NCBI GenBank assembly: GCA_964428845.1
Contig: CAYRZH010000005.1
Location: 1,647-65,646, forward strand
Source: an uncultured Candidatus Saccharibacteria bacterium
Lineage (GTDB): Bacteria > Patescibacteriota > Minisyncoccia > Phycocordibacterales > DATGWK01
Direction of reading: 5' to 3'
Length of the DNA: 64,000 nucleotides
A program made the position numbers and the translations under genes. Of the stretch, positions 38,443-47,048 are shown one piece after another. Position 1 is the stretch's first letter; the number at the start of each line of letters is the position of its first letter. The notes under the pieces are model-generated. The model did not search any database, was not told where the DNA came from, and saw only the letters and a list, made by a program, of their open reading frames with translations.

Positions 38443-39401
38443 AAAATATCCAGAAGCTTCTTTTTGTTTAGCCACGAAGTATTTGTGTCGCTCGTGAAGC
38501 GAAAGTTCGGTTTCACTTTTTTCCCACGTTTTAGGTGCTTTTCAAACTTTTTGTCTCCCAGAAACTCCGGCAGGATAACATAATATTTTTCTAATTCGGC
38601 GCTGTGGCGTGCCTCCTGTTCCGTCAGTAAAATTTCATGAGTTTTTTCTCCATGTCTGATGCCGATAACTTCCTTCTTGGCGCGTGGCGCCATAGCATCA
38701 AAGAGGGCAGTTAGTTTCATGCTAGGTATTTTCGGTACAAAAATCTCTCCACCCTCCATATGCTCAAGTGCATAAAGTACCAAATCGAAAGTTTGCTCCA
38801 AGGTGATCCAGAACCGAGTCATCTTGACGTCTGTGATCTGAACCTTTTTTGCGTTCGGGTTATTTTTTAATGTCTCGACGATACTACCACGACTCCCGAT
38901 GACGTTGCCGTATCTCACACAACCGAATTTTGTCTCACCATTTGTGTAGGAGTTGCCACTGATGAATAATTTTTCTGCACATAGTTTGGTTGAACCATAT
39001 AAATTGCTAGGGTGGACAGCTTTATCTGTGGAAACAAGCAAAACCCGGCCCACTTTCTTATTGATAGCCGCTTCTATAACATTCTGACTTCCCAAGATAT
39101 TGGTTTTGACTGCCTCGAAGGGATTGTATTCGAGCATTGGTACTTGTTTGAGGGCGGCGGCATGGACGACGATATCAACACCATCGAATGCACGTTCGAG
39201 GCGTGAGATATCTCGAACGTCCCCCAAGAAGAAACGAACTCGTGGGTCGTTTAACTCTTTTTGTATGTGAAATTGTTTAAGTTCGTCACGACTAAAAATA
39301 ATCAACTTTTTAGGCTTAAAGTTGGCAAGAATATGAGTGGCAAAACTTTTGCCAAATGAGCCGGTACCGCCAGTGATTAAAATAGTCTTATTATTAAGCA
39401 T
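38439..39401 (-). CDS. pseB: UDP-N-acetylglucosamine 4,6-dehydratase (inverting), PseB/FlaA1-like
   Basis: MLNNKTILITGGTGSFGKSF...FSRDELKQ closely resembles FlaA1/PseB. Short SDR of 320 aa. Confidence 0.8.
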   Translation of the reverse strand: MLNNKTILITGGTGSFGKSFATHILANFKPKKLIIFSRDELKQFHIQKELNDPRVRFFLGDVRDISRLERAFDGVDIVVHAAALKQVPMLEYNPFEAVKTNILGSQNVIEAAINKKVGRVLLVSTDKAVHPSNLYGSTKLCAEKLFISGNSYTNGETKFGCVRYGNVIGSRGSIVETLKNNPNAKKVQITDVKMTRFWITLEQTFDLVLYALEHMEGGEIFVPKIPSMKLTALFDAMAPRAKKEVIGIRHGEKTHEILLTEQEARHSAELEKYYVILPEFLGDKKFEKHLKRGKKVKPNFRFTSDTNTSWLNKKKLLDIL

Positions 39402-39471
39402 AAATTCTCGATTTACCCCTTAGACTTCACATAATAACTCTGATTTTACTTGATGTCTATTAGAAATTTGT

Positions 39472-39504
39472 AAAAAAAGACCACCAAGTTTTATCTCGGT
39501 GGTC
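39472..39504 (-). terminator. Rho-independent terminator of GC-rich cassette 4 (minus strand)
   Basis: On the minus strand GACCACCgagauaaaacuuGGUGGUC followed by TTTTTTT. A TAGACA-17-TATTAT promoter for pseB follows immediately at 39454-39426. Confidence 0.5.
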
Positions 39505-39531
39505 GACGGAAGTGATTTGTAGATGGTCAAT

Positions 39532-40569
39532 TCAGATCAATGTGGCAACCATTCTCCGTATCGCTTGACCCCTCTCTTCGAGCTTGGGAACAGGGAAGGC
39601 TGATTCTTGGTGTGCCCTCATGGATTCGAATCCGCCCGGGTGCAGCAGCCTTTTGATGGTACAAGCTAGTTTATCGACAGAACCAAAGTAGACCCCCTCT
39701 GAAGCACCAAGTTCTACCAGCTTCCATGGGTCCTTACCGATTGTAGCTGGCCGGCCTTTGAGTGCGACGGTGGTACAGAAGTCAATGACGGGTTTACGCA
39801 GGCAAGCTGCCTGGATGCCTATTGTCGAATTGAACTCTACCACCATATCGCACCCAATGACTATCTCGGAGGTGGGGATTCCGACGTGTTTACCAACGAC
39901 CTTTACCGGACAGCCGGCATACCGCCAGACATCCTCGTACAAAGATGGGCTATTCAGATCACCAGGATGAAATCCAATCAACAGTTCGATCTGCGAACCA
40001 AACCTTCGATTGAGCGAACCAACTGCTTCTCCGGCTGCTCCAAAAAGCAGCATGTTAAGGGCAAGATACTTGTCGCCTGGGCAAAGGATGAGTTTGCGGT
40101 CATCGAAGACCGAGAGTCGCTCTCGTGCCTGAACCCGTGTCTGTACGGGGAAAGCAAACTCCTCCCATCTTGGATTTCCCGTCGCTACGATGTTGGCTTT
40201 CGGGAAATAGGTGGCTGCATCCCGTCCTTCATCCGCGTTGATGACAAAGAGTGTTTCCACGAAATCTCGGACTGGCTCAAAAGCCGGTAGTCGGTGATTA
40301 CCAAATGTGTCGGCATAAAGACTGCAACGTACCCCGATTCGATGAGCTTCTGTTACGGCCATCACCTCGTCGTCAGACAGGTTGGACATTGTTACCACCA
40401 AGTTGTTAGCTGAGGCGATTTCGTGCTTGATAGCCTCGGTTGGCAGAGCTTCTGCTCGTCCACCGCGCAGGAAAGACACAACCTCGACACCACGCTCTTG
40501 GAGTACTTCTCCTAACATTCGCATAACTTCTGACTGCGCAAAGTCACCGGCCACAAGCACAGTTTTCAC
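39532..40569 (-). CDS. GT-B-like sugar transferase with weak LpxB (GT19)-like motifs (GC-rich cassette 4)
   Basis: GTG start 6 nt after an AGGAGG SD. N-terminal VLVAGDFAQSEVMRMLGEVLQERG resembles the LpxB N-terminus (ALVAGEASGDILGAGLIRALK). The LILCPGDK and CDMVVEFNSTIGIQAACLRKPVI regions fit a GT-B C-domain. About 50-55% G+C. From memory only. Confidence 0.4.
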   Translation of the reverse strand: MKTVLVAGDFAQSEVMRMLGEVLQERGVEVVSFLRGGRAEALPTEAIKHEIASANNLVVTMSNLSDDEVMAVTEAHRIGVRCSLYADTFGNHRLPAFEPVRDFVETLFVINADEGRDAATYFPKANIVATGNPRWEEFAFPVQTRVQARERLSVFDDRKLILCPGDKYLALNMLLFGAAGEAVGSLNRRFGSQIELLIGFHPGDLNSPSLYEDVWRYAGCPVKVVGKHVGIPTSEIVIGCDMVVEFNSTIGIQAACLRKPVIDFCTTVALKGRPATIGKDPWKLVELGASEGVYFGSVDKLACTIKRLLHPGGFESMRAHQESAFPVPKLEERGQAIRRMVATLI

Positions 40570-40645
40570 CAAACACCTCCTTCTTCCTGGTTTTAAGGTT
40601 TTTTATCTCGGAATAGGCACAAAAAATTACCCATGGTCCTATAGA

Positions 40646-40675
40646 TTTATACCACAACTTTATGAGTGGAGTCAA
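40646..40675 (-). promoter_or_regulatory. Sigma70 promoter TTGACT-18-TATAAA with extended -10 (TGgTATAAA), minus strand, for cassette 4
   Basis: On the minus strand TTGACT (40675-40670) then ...TGTGGTATAAAT. Confidence 0.4.
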
Positions 40676-40715
40676 TCTAACCAAAACTGAAACAATACCG
40701 TTTGATCTATCTACC

Positions 40716-41759
40716 CTAATCGACGAGCTTGATATTGGATGAATAAACTGGGTTCTTCTGGCAGAAATCCTTAAATGACGGAGATGCGTTTTTAATTTCC
40801 AGTTTTGTATACTTCGCACCAAACATAGAGTCTGTATACTGAAACTCAAGTACCAGTCGATGATCTTTTTTAAGAGGAGTACCTTTATGCCAACATTTTG
40901 TGTCTCCGGCAAATACAGTCCCGGCTGGGGCACAAACTTCAATAAAATCTTCTTTGGTATAATGTCCCTTTAGATCAGAATCAGGAATGCGAGCGTACCC
41001 TCTTTTTAGTAGATTTGCTGGTTTTTTCCCAGGTAGGTGTGAACCTCTAATGTAGCGGTGAGGGCCGGTGTCTGGATTGACATCAGTCAGGTAAATAAAA
41101 ATTTTGAGCCATTTGATCCTATCCATATCAAAATGATAAAGCTGTGCCGCTTCAGAAGAAGCTTCTTTTAGAAAAGACGTACTCCACCACATAGCTGGAA
41201 AATCGAAAATCGGCTCACATCCCAAATAGTTTCTAGCGATATTTATAAAAACAGGGTCCATTATGAGGGATTGAATATCTTTGTTATTGACTAGATCAAT
41301 TACGTCGAATCTATATATCTCGGCAAGGGGGTGAGCCGGATCATAAACGATCTTGGTGTCGTAAGCTGGAGGTATTTTTGCTCCGCTCGTTCCCGCGTAC
41401 TGGTATAAATTTGAAACAGTCTCTTGAGGTAGTTTTTTATCAAAGAGTGCGTATCCGTCTCTATTTAGGGTACTATTGAAATTTTTAAATCTGATTTCGT
41501 CGAATGTACCAATTACCCCTTGGAGCGGAACATCAACGGACTGGGGTGGATTCTTGGCCGCTATTTTTCGATGCTCATCTTCGCTAAACTTGCCGTTGGT
41601 GGCACAGTAAAGCTGGATCAGTGCAGAATAAGATTTTGGTGGTGTTATTTTTGTTTCTTCAAAAACTTTGTAACCCTGGTAGAAATCGTTATAGGCGCCC
41701 TTGCGTTTATAAGTTTCGTGAGCAATTTTATTTTTAATCTTTTTAAACAGGGTATTCAT
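40716..41759 (-). CDS. PhyH-family Fe(II)/2-oxoglutarate dioxygenase-like protein
   Basis: HxD (YHFDMD) ...H (PHRYIRGSH) pattern typical of phytanoyl-CoA dioxygenase-like hydroxylases. Confidence 0.5.
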   Translation of the reverse strand: MNTLFKKIKNKIAHETYKRKGAYNDFYQGYKVFEETKITPPKSYSALIQLYCATNGKFSEDEHRKIAAKNPPQSVDVPLQGVIGTFDEIRFKNFNSTLNRDGYALFDKKLPQETVSNLYQYAGTSGAKIPPAYDTKIVYDPAHPLAEIYRFDVIDLVNNKDIQSLIMDPVFINIARNYLGCEPIFDFPAMWWSTSFLKEASSEAAQLYHFDMDRIKWLKIFIYLTDVNPDTGPHRYIRGSHLPGKKPANLLKRGYARIPDSDLKGHYTKEDFIEVCAPAGTVFAGDTKCWHKGTPLKKDHRLVLEFQYTDSMFGAKYTKLEIKNASPSFKDFCQKNPVYSSNIKLVD

Positions 41760-41770
41760 AATTTTTGGTG

Positions 41771-42481
41771 TTATGTAAGTAATTGTGAAATCACGACAGT
41801 ACTCAAATCATTCTTGTTGTAATGATCATATTCAAAAACGATACGATTTTCAGAAACAGAACTTATTAGCTTTTTTAAGTCGTCCGTGGAATTGAGGTTG
41901 TTGACTCGCACAGCGCCCAATCCCTCTCTGTCCTGTAAAGGATTGTGTTGTATGCCGATTCCTAGTAGGCCTCCAGGTTTGAGAATTCGTTGGCATTCCT
42001 TTACAACTCCTACAGGATCTTTTGAATAACTAATCATCCATCCTAAAAGTACAACGTCATATGTTTTGTCAGCAAACTCTGTGCGGTGGATGTCGCCGAC
42101 AATAATGTTATCAGAATAAGAAAACAAATCTAGCCCATATGTATCTTTAAATCTGTATGCTCGTAACCAATAGATATCATCTTCTGTTCGACAGCCGACC
42201 ACTAGTATTTTTTTCCTATCTCGATCCTTAGTGAAGTAGGCGATAATCGGGTAGATCAGGAGACCCATGCGTCCACCACACCCGAAAACTGCCCTAGGAA
42301 AATTGAATGCAGATAAATTGTGAGAGATAGTTTGTTCCCCAATTTTGTCGGACTTGAGACTATCAAAACGCAAGTGTTTCTTGAGTAAAAAATGTCTAGT
42401 TCGAACGAACCAATATCTTAGTCTGTAAAATCGGAGTAGGGGGGTAAACAATCGGTCAGAGATATTAGAGAGCGTTTTCAT
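41771..42481 (-). CDS. SAM-dependent methyltransferase
   Basis: KILVVGCRTEDD (motif I-like) and ILKPGGLLGIG (motif III-like). Confidence 0.5.
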   Translation of the reverse strand: MKTLSNISDRLFTPLLRFYRLRYWFVRTRHFLLKKHLRFDSLKSDKIGEQTISHNLSAFNFPRAVFGCGGRMGLLIYPIIAYFTKDRDRKKILVVGCRTEDDIYWLRAYRFKDTYGLDLFSYSDNIIVGDIHRTEFADKTYDVVLLGWMISYSKDPVGVVKECQRILKPGGLLGIGIQHNPLQDREGLGAVRVNNLNSTDDLKKLISSVSENRIVFEYDHYNKNDLSTVVISQLLT

Positions 42482-43748
42482 TATGGATTTTTAAAGTGTA
42501 CGGTAATGAAACAAAACCGATATTCTCATGAGCGTCATTGCTTGATGGAAGTATGTTTAACATAGGAATATTTACATTTTCGTCAACGACATCATAAAAA
42601 ATGGAAGCCTCTTTGTTGGCTAGAGAAAAATATAAAGAGTACTGGCCTGGTCGAAGTGTTTTTTTGGGAATTGAAACACTGAAGGATAAGCTTTGGCCAG
42701 CATGGATCGCTTTTTCGGAAACTAAAGTTTTTATATTGGAAACGATTTCCTTCGATAGGGGCTGTCGCAAGGCCATATAGAATAGCAGGCTATCTATGTC
42801 TTTTTCTGCCACAACCGTAAACTCAAATGTAATGTCCTCGTTAAAATTAAAATCCCAACATTCTTTTCCACGTTTTGTTCCTTGGGCCTTATGAAAAGTT
42901 GTACCGCCGGCTGTCCTCTTCAGCCTGTTTTTCAATGACACTGCCCCCAAGTTTTTCGTCTGCGATGAGATAATTCCGTTGTATGTGGAAATAACTTTTC
43001 TTGTGTCACCTGAATCTACAACACGACCATTCTTTAATAGTATCGCTCTCGTACACAAGGACTGAACAGCCGCTATGTTGTGACTGACGAAAAGTATTGT
43101 TCTCCCATCTTTTCTTGTAATCTCATCCATCTTTCCAAGACATTTTTTTTGAAATTCTGCATCACCAACGGCGAGCACTTCGTCGACGAGAAGTATATCT
43201 GGTTCCATGTGTGCGGCTACCGAAAAAGCCAGACGCACATACATACCACTTGAATAATATTTGACCGGGGTATCGAGAAATTTTTCAATACCGGCAAAGG
43301 CTACAATCTCGTCGAACTTGTTGGCAATCTCGTGTTTTTTCATTCCCAGAATTGCGCCGTTTAGAAAAATATTTTCTCTGCCCGTGAGTTCTGGATGGAA
43401 ACCAGTACCAACTTCGAGGAGTGAACCAACACGTCCACGTAAGACAACCTCGCCTTCAGAAGGCGGGGTAATTTGAGACAAGATTTTAAGAAGGGTAGAT
43501 TTTCCTGCACCGTTCGGCCCAATAATACCAACGACCTCACCCTTATTGACCGTGAAGTCAATATTTTTTAAGGCCCAAAACTCCTCTTTCTTTTCAAGAC
43601 CCACAGTGCGTTTGGCTTTATGTTTTAGATAGGAAAAGGGACGTCTAGCAATATTTGCAATAACATCACGTAACGCAATATAACCTCCGCGCATGTGGGC
43701 AATGTCATATTTTTTGCCAAGATTTCTGACTTCGATAATGGGAGACAT
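42465..43748 (-). CDS. wzt: ABC transporter ATP-binding protein, Wzt/TagH-like (O-antigen/teichoic-acid type exporter), with C-terminal extension
   Basis: Start at MSPIIEVRNLGKKY. Walker A GIIGPNGAGKSTLL, signature YSSGMYVRLAFSVA and Walker B ILLVDEVLAVGD. The C-terminal ~190 aa form a candidate glycan-binding domain. Confidence 0.75.
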   Translation of the reverse strand: MSPIIEVRNLGKKYDIAHMRGGYIALRDVIANIARRPFSYLKHKAKRTVGLEKKEEFWALKNIDFTVNKGEVVGIIGPNGAGKSTLLKILSQITPPSEGEVVLRGRVGSLLEVGTGFHPELTGRENIFLNGAILGMKKHEIANKFDEIVAFAGIEKFLDTPVKYYSSGMYVRLAFSVAAHMEPDILLVDEVLAVGDAEFQKKCLGKMDEITRKDGRTILFVSHNIAAVQSLCTRAILLKNGRVVDSGDTRKVISTYNGIISSQTKNLGAVSLKNRLKRTAGGTTFHKAQGTKRGKECWDFNFNEDITFEFTVVAEKDIDSLLFYMALRQPLSKEIVSNIKTLVSEKAIHAGQSLSFSVSIPKKTLRPGQYSLYFSLANKEASIFYDVVDENVNIPMLNILPSSNDAHENIGFVSLPYTLKIHNENAL

Positions 43749-43756
43749 ATTTTTAC

Positions 43757-44581
43757 TTAAATGATATCTGCAAAATAACGTTCTGTTTTTTTGAAATATG
43801 TAATACCAATTATAAAAATGACAGAGCAGCCTATAAATGAAGCCAGAATCAAAGCCCAATTGATCGGAGTTGTGCCCAACAGTGCTGCTCGAGCGCTTTG
43901 GATAATACCCATCATTGGGTTTAGAGCGAGGATTTTGGAATACGCCCCGGCAATTGAGGCTGGATATATAACTGGTGTGACAAACAAAAGAAGTTGTATG
44001 AAGAAAGGTAAAGCATAACGAACATCTCGATACTTAACATTGACCGACGAAAGAAATAAACCGAGACCAACCGCTGTCATAAAGGTTAAAATAAGAAGAA
44101 GGGGTAGGATAAGAAATCCTCCGAGGTGGGGGGTATAGCCGTAGTAGATCATAAGACCCACGAGGATCACTGATGCGATTAAAAAATCTACAAGTTTCGT
44201 AAACACAGTTGAAATCGGCAGAAGTAGTCTTGGAAAATAGACTTTGGTGACGATTGCTTTATTCGCCAAAAGTGAATTGCTCGTTTCTCCCAAAGCGTCG
44301 GAAAAAAACTGCCAGAATAGAAGACCTACATAAACGAAAACAGGATAGGGAACTCCATCAGAAGGGATCTGGGCAAGTTTCCCAAAAAAAATGGTAAAGA
44401 CCACCATGGTAATGAGTGGTTGAAGGATTGACCAAAGTACACCGATTGCTGTTTGTTTGTATCTGACCTTCAGATCTCTCCAGGTGAAAAAATATAAGAG
44501 CTCCCTGTAATACCAAAGCTCTTTTAGGTCTCGGAAGCTGAATATTTTTTTGGGTTTGATTACCGTGGTTTGGACCTGCAT
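43757..44581 (-). CDS. wzm: ABC-2 type transporter permease, Wzm/TagG-like
   Basis: 274 aa with 6 TM helices. The N-terminus IFSFRDLKELWYYRELLYFFTWRDLKVRYKQT is typical of Wzm. Confidence 0.7.
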   Translation of the reverse strand: MQVQTTVIKPKKIFSFRDLKELWYYRELLYFFTWRDLKVRYKQTAIGVLWSILQPLITMVVFTIFFGKLAQIPSDGVPYPVFVYVGLLFWQFFSDALGETSNSLLANKAIVTKVYFPRLLLPISTVFTKLVDFLIASVILVGLMIYYGYTPHLGGFLILPLLLILTFMTAVGLGLFLSSVNVKYRDVRYALPFFIQLLLFVTPVIYPASIAGAYSKILALNPMMGIIQSARAALLGTTPINWALILASFIGCSVIFIIGITYFKKTERYFADII

Positions 44582-44644
44582 ATCACTATTTATTCAAAGA
44601 TTGTACCATAGGCAATACTCTATGTACGTGCTATATTTGAGCCC

Positions 44645-46840
44645 ATGAATATAAATACAACATTAAAAGGCCTTATCCTTTTAGGTATTTTTGCAATCCT
44701 TTTTACTCCTTTCATAGTAGCTAACCACCAATTCTTTCCTTTTATTACGGGTAAAGCCTTTGTATTCCGAATAGCGATCGAAATTATCTTTGCTATTTGG
44801 ATTTTTCTATTTATCAGAGATAAGCAGTACATGCCAAAGTTTTCTTGGATAACTGCAAGCATTCTCATTTTTATCGGTATTATCGCTCTGGCTGATATCT
44901 TTGGCGAAAATCCATACAAAAGTTTCTGGAGCAATTTTGAGCGTATGGAAGGTCTCATTGGTCTTATTCATCTTCTGTTGTACTTCCTTGTTGCATCGAG
45001 CATGCTTACGACAGAGAAATTGTGGAAAACATTCCTAAACACTTCGATTGTGGCAAGCGTCTTGATGGCTTTCTTCAGTTTCTTTCAGCTCGCCGGTAAA
45101 TTACCGATCAATCAGGGCGGTGTCCGTGTTGATGGAACCTTCGGTAATGCTACCTATTTGGCAGTCTACATGCTTATAAATATGTTTTTTGCGACCCTGC
45201 TTTTTGCACGATCAAAAGGGAAAATTTATCTGAAAGTTCTCTATAGTATTGCATTTATTCTACAGGGCATCGTTCTCTACTACACGGCTACCCGAGGAGC
45301 TATCTTGGGTCTTGTTGGGGGCTTCGCTTTGTTTGGACTCATTCTCGCCTTGTTTGCCAGAGGCAACAAGAAAGCTAGGATTACCGGAGTTTCAATCGTT
45401 GTATTTATCGCAATTATTGCTGGAGGTTTTTTCTCTCTCCGAAATACTGATTTTGTCAAAAATAGTTTAACTCTTAGTCGCTTTGCTTCTCTTTCTTCTG
45501 AAAGCATCAAGTCACAAGGAAGATACTATGTCTGGCCAATGGCTATCGAGGGTTTTAAAGAACGTCCGATTTTGGGCTGGGGTCAAGAAAATTTCAGTTA
45601 TGTTTTCAACAAAAATTATAGTTCACAAATGTACACCCAGGAACAATGGTTTGATAGAACACATAACATTTTCTTAGACTGGTTGGTGGCTGGCGGGATC
45701 TTGGGTTTTCTTTCTTACTGGGTTATCTACATAGTGGCCCTTTGGTATCTATGGAGAAAGAAGAGCAGTTTTTCTTTTGTGGACAAATCAATTTTAACCG
45801 GCCTTATCGCCGCTTACATTGCCCAGAACATTTTTGTCTTCGATAATTTGATAAGCTATATCCTATTCTTCTCAATTCTTGCCTACATTCATTCGATGAG
45901 CGTCGCGTCTCGTGAACCGTTGAGGTGGTTATCTAGGCTAACGAATAATTCGGAATTCGCGCAACGTGTTGCCCTACCTCTTATCATCATCGCTATTATT
46001 CCCGCCCTTTACTTTCTGAATGCCAAACCAATCTTTGCCAACCGTGCTCTCATCCGGGCGATCAGCTTTGGACAGACTACTCCTGCTAAGAGTTTGGAAG
46101 ATTTCAAAAAAACTTTCTCGTACAATACCTTTGGTAGTACTGAAGCACGAGAACAATTACCATCTGCCGTATCAAAGTTTGTTTCTGAAGGGGTTCCAGC
46201 CCAAGTAAGGGACGAATTTATCGATCTCGCCAAGAGACAAATGCTCATCCAGGTAAACGAAACACCCCTTGATACCCGCACTCTTCTTTTTACAGGTAAT
46301 TTGTTCAACCAAATTGGTGAGAGTGGAAACGCTATCGAATATTTTGAGCGAGCACTTAAAACTTCTCCTCAAAAACAGACTATCTATTTTGGATTGGGAG
46401 CCGCCTATCTAGCGATGGGGAATAAAGAATATCCTAAAGCTCTGGAAATGTTTAAGAAAGCGTACGAACTCGAACCGAACTATTCTGAAGCCAGACTTAT
46501 CTATGGAATTGGGGCAATTTACAATGGCAACAGCAAGCTTGCTAATGAGATGTTTGCGACTATCGAACCACAACGGGCCATCTTTGACGACAGAATCCTT
46601 TCAGCTTTTCTTGTTACCGGCCAATACAATGATATTGTGAAATTGCTAGAAACGCGTGTCGCTCTAGACCCAAAAAATGCCAAGATTCGCTTTCAGTTGG
46701 CAGCAGCCTATTTCCAAATTGGGGACAGATTCCGAGCAGTAGAACAGCTAAAAGTGGCTATAACACTAGATTCTAACGTTAAGGAGCAAGCAGAATACCT
46801 CATAAAAGAGATACAGGCAGGGAGAAATCCACTGCAATAG
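44645..46840 (+). CDS. O-antigen ligase/polymerase-like (Wzy_C) membrane protein with C-terminal TPR repeats
   Basis: About 12 TM helices with a Wzy_C-like loop (...YTATRGAILGL...). The C-terminal ~250 aa are TPR-like repeats (AIEYFERALK..., ALEMFKKAYELEPNY...). Confidence 0.6.
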   Translation: MNINTTLKGLILLGIFAILFTPFIVANHQFFPFITGKAFVFRIAIEIIFAIWIFLFIRDKQYMPKFSWITASILIFIGIIALADIFGENPYKSFWSNFERMEGLIGLIHLLLYFLVASSMLTTEKLWKTFLNTSIVASVLMAFFSFFQLAGKLPINQGGVRVDGTFGNATYLAVYMLINMFFATLLFARSKGKIYLKVLYSIAFILQGIVLYYTATRGAILGLVGGFALFGLILALFARGNKKARITGVSIVVFIAIIAGGFFSLRNTDFVKNSLTLSRFASLSSESIKSQGRYYVWPMAIEGFKERPILGWGQENFSYVFNKNYSSQMYTQEQWFDRTHNIFLDWLVAGGILGFLSYWVIYIVALWYLWRKKSSFSFVDKSILTGLIAAYIAQNIFVFDNLISYILFFSILAYIHSMSVASREPLRWLSRLTNNSEFAQRVALPLIIIAIIPALYFLNAKPIFANRALIRAISFGQTTPAKSLEDFKKTFSYNTFGSTEAREQLPSAVSKFVSEGVPAQVRDEFIDLAKRQMLIQVNETPLDTRTLLFTGNLFNQIGESGNAIEYFERALKTSPQKQTIYFGLGAAYLAMGNKEYPKALEMFKKAYELEPNYSEARLIYGIGAIYNGNSKLANEMFATIEPQRAIFDDRILSAFLVTGQYNDIVKLLETRVALDPKNAKIRFQLAAAYFQIGDRFRAVEQLKVAITLDSNVKEQAEYLIKEIQAGRNPLQ

Positions 46841-46844
46841 AGCT

Positions 46845-46872
46845 TGACTTATTGCCCGGAATTTGCTAGTAT
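46845..46872 (+). promoter_or_regulatory. Candidate promoter TTGACT-16-TAGTAT, 5 nt after the stop of the preceding gene
   Basis: TTGACT at 46845-46850 and TAGTAT at 46867-46872. Confidence 0.3.
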
Positions 46873-46874
46873 AT

Positions 46875-46960
46875 CCTTGTGAGTGCCGACGTAAATGTTG
46901 GCCCAAACAAACGAATGTCTGCGAAAGGCTCCGCTTCGGCGGAGCTTTTCGTTTGTGTAC
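46875..46960 (+). ncRNA. Candidate small RNA (~80 nt) defined by the promoter at 46845 and the UUCG-loop terminator
   Basis: No ORF. Promoter-to-terminator distance is ~80 nt. Purely structural inference. Confidence 0.15.
46924..46960 (+). terminator. Rho-independent terminator (7-11-bp stem, UUCG tetraloop, T-rich tail)
   Basis: AAAGGCTCCGC-ttcg-GCGGAGCTTTT followed by cgtttgtg...tttttttt. Confidence 0.55.
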
Positions 46961-47048
46961 TTTAGTTTTTTTTAAAGAAGTATTTATCAAGAATATGTTG
47001 TCCTATGGTGACTACTGTATTATTATGAAGCCAAGAAGATTGCGCGAG

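Noticed and set aside
39610-39640. tRNA-like T-loop string GGATTCGAATCC
   Set aside because: The flanks do not form T, acceptor or anticodon stems. It lies inside a CDS.
39886-40290. 134-aa plus-strand ORF antisense to the cassette-4 gene
   Set aside because: It lies inside the better-supported 346-aa minus-strand CDS and has no expression signals.
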